A stretch of DNA of 63,922 bases, filler included, from Perkinsus chesapeaki ATCC PRA-425 (lineage: Eukaryota; Protista; Perkinsozoa): the NCBI GenBank assembly GCA_013115145.1. It is 20 parts of 20 records of this genome, joined end to end, with 100 filler letters (N's around TTAATTAATTAA, not from the genome) between each part and the next. Parts side by side here need not be neighbours in the genome. Positions count along the whole stretch, not along the records: positions 61,430 to 62,454 come from JAAPAO010002268.1; positions 62,555 to 63,922 come from JAAPAO010002013.1; 18 more parts are not named here. The stretch is one strand, 5' to 3'. Below are positions 61,430 through 63,922 of this stretch, piece after piece. Position numbers and translations under genes: made by a program. Numbering within the stretch: position 1 is the stretch's first letter; every line of letters starts with the position of its first letter. The notes beneath the pieces are model-generated. The model was not told the origin of the DNA. It worked only from the letters and a program-made list of their open reading frames with translations, and did not search any database.

Positions 61430-61930
61430 AACAAATCTTAGATAGACGTTGAAGTCTAGTAGCTCCAACATCATAAGTAGGGATCGTGCTTCCTTGTAGT
61501 ATGGCTTTCAACCGCTGAATATCCTCATCTTCCTCTTGGGCTCTTAATATACAATTCCTCAGAGAATCATTATACTGAGTATCTTCTAGTAGTCCTCCAT
61601 GAATACGATCAGTAGGTCTAGCATAGGCCATTAAAGCTGCCAACTCTAGTCGCTGTTCAGTGGGTAGTAGATCAACATCAGGTAGATCGACTAGGTAGAT
61701 CTATACCATCCTCAATAATAGCCATAATACCAGTAGTAGTAATACTAGTAGGCTATTGGGACGTCATCTTCGTCCTTGTCAGGTGCGTCACGATAGTCAT
61801 AGATAACCTTGGCTACCGTACACCTTCTTGTCGATAAAACTGCCCAGCGCTTGATGAAACGCCTCTAGTTGAGTAGAAGACAACCGAGTAATACTTGCCA
61901 TAGTGGTAGGTTGTCTTCTTCACCCGCGTA
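61430..61930 (-). mobile_element. Degenerate retrotransposon pol linker upstream of integrase
   Basis: LRNCILRAQEEDEDIQRLKAIL matches the i..aQ.eD..l..l motif that precedes Gypsy integrase zinc fingers. Confidence 0.6.
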
Positions 61931-61936
61931 GTCAAG

Positions 61937-62454
61937 TTAGTCGCCCGAGTCATCGTAGTCGCAGTTGGCCACGGTGGTCACTTTATGTTGGGATAGTCCT
62001 GAACATGTAGTGACACCGAGTCCAAGAATAGAGTAGGCGCCTGAGTCAGCGTCGTCACAGTTGGCCATAGTTCTCACATTTGAGTGTAGAAGGTTAACAT
62101 CTCTACGGACACCATGACCAAGAGTAGTACGGTCGCCCGAGTCACTGTAGTCGCCGTTGGCCACGGTGGTCACACAATTGTTGGGGGGTCCAGAGCAATT
62201 AGTGACACCGTAGCCAAGAGTAGTATAGTCGCCCGAGTTAGCGTCGTCACCGTTGGCCATAGTTCTCACATTTGAGTGTAGAAGGTTAACATCTCTACGG
62301 ACACCATGACCGAGAGTAGTATGGTCGCCCGAGTCATTGTAGTCGCCGTTGGCCACGGTGGTCACACAATTGTTGGGGGGGCCAGAGCAATTAGTGACAC
62401 CGTAACCAAGAGTAGTATAGTCGCCCGAGTTAGCGTCGTCACCGTTGGCCACGG
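61937..62454 (-). repeat. Higher-order tandem repeat: alternating 96-nt A/B units (32 aa each), open in one frame
   Basis: A = MANGDDANSGDYTTLGYGVTNCSGPPNNCVTT, B = VANGDYNDSGDHTTLGHGVRRDVNLLHSNVRT. Order is A-B-A-B-A'-partial. Confidence 0.92.
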
Positions 62455-63196
62455 NNNNNNNNNNNNNNNNNNNNNNNNNNNNNNNNNNNNNNNNNNNNTT
62501 AATTAATTAANNNNNNNNNNNNNNNNNNNNNNNNNNNNNNNNNNNNNNNNNNNNCCGTTACATTAGGCGAGCGAGATCTACATGCTAACTGGCGAGCGAG
62601 AAAGACATGTCACCTTGCGCGCGAACAGGTGTTTGGCCGCCAGACGACTTAGTCTACCCACGAGTCGTGGGTCACGGTTGCTTTGGCACTCCTTCAGACC
62701 CAAGCACGCAGACGTGGATCGTATCATTCCTCGGCTTGCGGTACGTACTACGTAGTCGGAAACTGAACAACCTGTGAGCAATATTTGCTGAGGAAAGCAT
62801 CACCCGCACGACTGCTGCTGCGGCACGGCCAGCTGTCCCCATATCGGCTAGACTATATTGCACGTATGCAGCCGGAAGCACAAGAGCTGTCCCTCGTTAT
62901 AGTGTATACTGTAGTGTGGAGACGTTAAAACTGTCCTTTTTGAGATGGACTTGATTCGTTGTCCTCGTGCTGTTCAACCTTAACGCTCTTTCCCGCACAT
63001 CCAATGTCGGCGCGGTTGTGCGTGACACGCTCCACGAATTATCCCGCAGCTTATCGAGTCGCCATGTTGCAGACCAAGGGGCTGAGACAGTTGAGTTGGC
63101 CTTAAAGACCAATCTGGTGAAATGGATGATAGCGTAGGAACAGAGTTATCCAGCATTTCTCGTTCATAGTGTATACTTGCGCTCATCGTCAGTGTT

Positions 63197-63568
63197 ATGA
63201 ACACCTTCTACCGCTTCGTGGTCTTCCCGGTTGCTCTCTTGGTCGCTGCGAATGACTTGGACGCCGACTACTTCGCCAGCGACCCCAATTCCTTTGTTCA
63301 AGAGGTCCACTTCTATCCGCACTTTGCGGTGCTTGTAACCAATGATCTGCAATCGGTAAACTGTAACTACGATGCCACCCAGGGCAACGGGGCATCCAAG
63401 GTTTTGTTCAGCGGCCCGGATTGCACAAGCATGTTTAAGGATTCAAAGAACAACTTTCGCCAGAAGTCCCCGGTTACCGTTGTTTCACGCAATGGGAACG
63501 GTTTGGAGATCACCGCCAGCAATGGGGATGTAGATCATTATTATAGAGTATCTGGTCTTGTTATTTGA
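63197..63568 (+). CDS. Small intronless secreted protein (123 aa)
   Basis: Signal peptide MNTFYRFVVFPVALLVAA, one Cys pair, beta-rich composition, complete ORF. Confidence 0.8.
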   Translation: MNTFYRFVVFPVALLVAANDLDADYFASDPNSFVQEVHFYPHFAVLVTNDLQSVNCNYDATQGNGASKVLFSGPDCTSMFKDSKNNFRQKSPVTVVSRNGNGLEITASNGDVDHYYRVSGLVI

Positions 63569-63922
63569 ACACATCCCCTGCTATGGCTGTCCTTTGCGGC
63601 CCACAGAGTACGGGCAGCGCAGAGTGTTTAATGACTATATTTCATATGATATCAGTTAGTCTTATTACAGGTTTTCAGGGACCTAATCAAGTTTTGAGTT
63701 AGCAGTGAGAGTAACGGTATTGGGTTCGAGCAGCATTCATTGACCTTCTCGGTGCTACGGCATCAGATGGGAACTCCCACAGTGTCCGGTTGGTTCACTG
63801 ACTCACTGAAATCCAGTGAAGAACCCGACTGAAGCTTATTCCATTTGTCTGAAAGAACACGAAGTGTTGTGCAGTACAACTGGGAAGCGCAGGAAGGATT
63901 GTGTCAGTTAGGGCGAGCGAAG

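Noticed and set aside
1-63922. A multi-gene system formed by neighbouring P450, protease, secreted-protein, retroelement and mtDNA segments
   Set aside because: The segments are separate contigs joined by artificial linkers; their order is arbitrary.

Overview
This is eukaryotic nuclear DNA, most consistent with the alveolate parasite Perkinsus. The evidence is short GT-AG introns, a dinoflagellate/Perkinsus-type spliced-leader-like sequence, and GH18-like and small secreted-protein families typical of the genus; the taxon is inferred, not database-checked. It is not one locus. About 20 small contigs are joined by artificial N-TTAATTAATTAA-N linkers (stops in all six frames), so adjacency across linkers means nothing. 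Recognisable genes are a papain-family protease C-terminus, WDR6/Trm734, tRNA-Lys(CTT), two serine carboxypeptidase S10 copies (one decayed), two tandem cytochrome P450s plus a duplicated fragment, a 37-40-aa helical-repeat (HPR/RAP-like) protein, a GH18-like gene and several intronless secreted proteins. Mobile elements include three or four Ty3/Gypsy-type pieces, plus BEL/Pao, LINE and hAT relics and a CCCH-finger gag. One ~85-90% AT contig is probably non-coding mitochondrial DNA. The most interesting signals are: (i) a recurring fold-back insertion architecture (X - 1 nt - reverse complement of X - tail of X), shown to be an insertion by a paralogous copy that lacks it; (ii) a 20/22 spliced-leader relic beside an LTR; (iii) a canonical -1 frameshift cassette at a gag-pol junction; (iv) a Gypsy primer-binding-site-like motif 5 nt after the stop of a truncated GH18 gene, with no LTR between them. 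I found no convincing multi-gene novel system.
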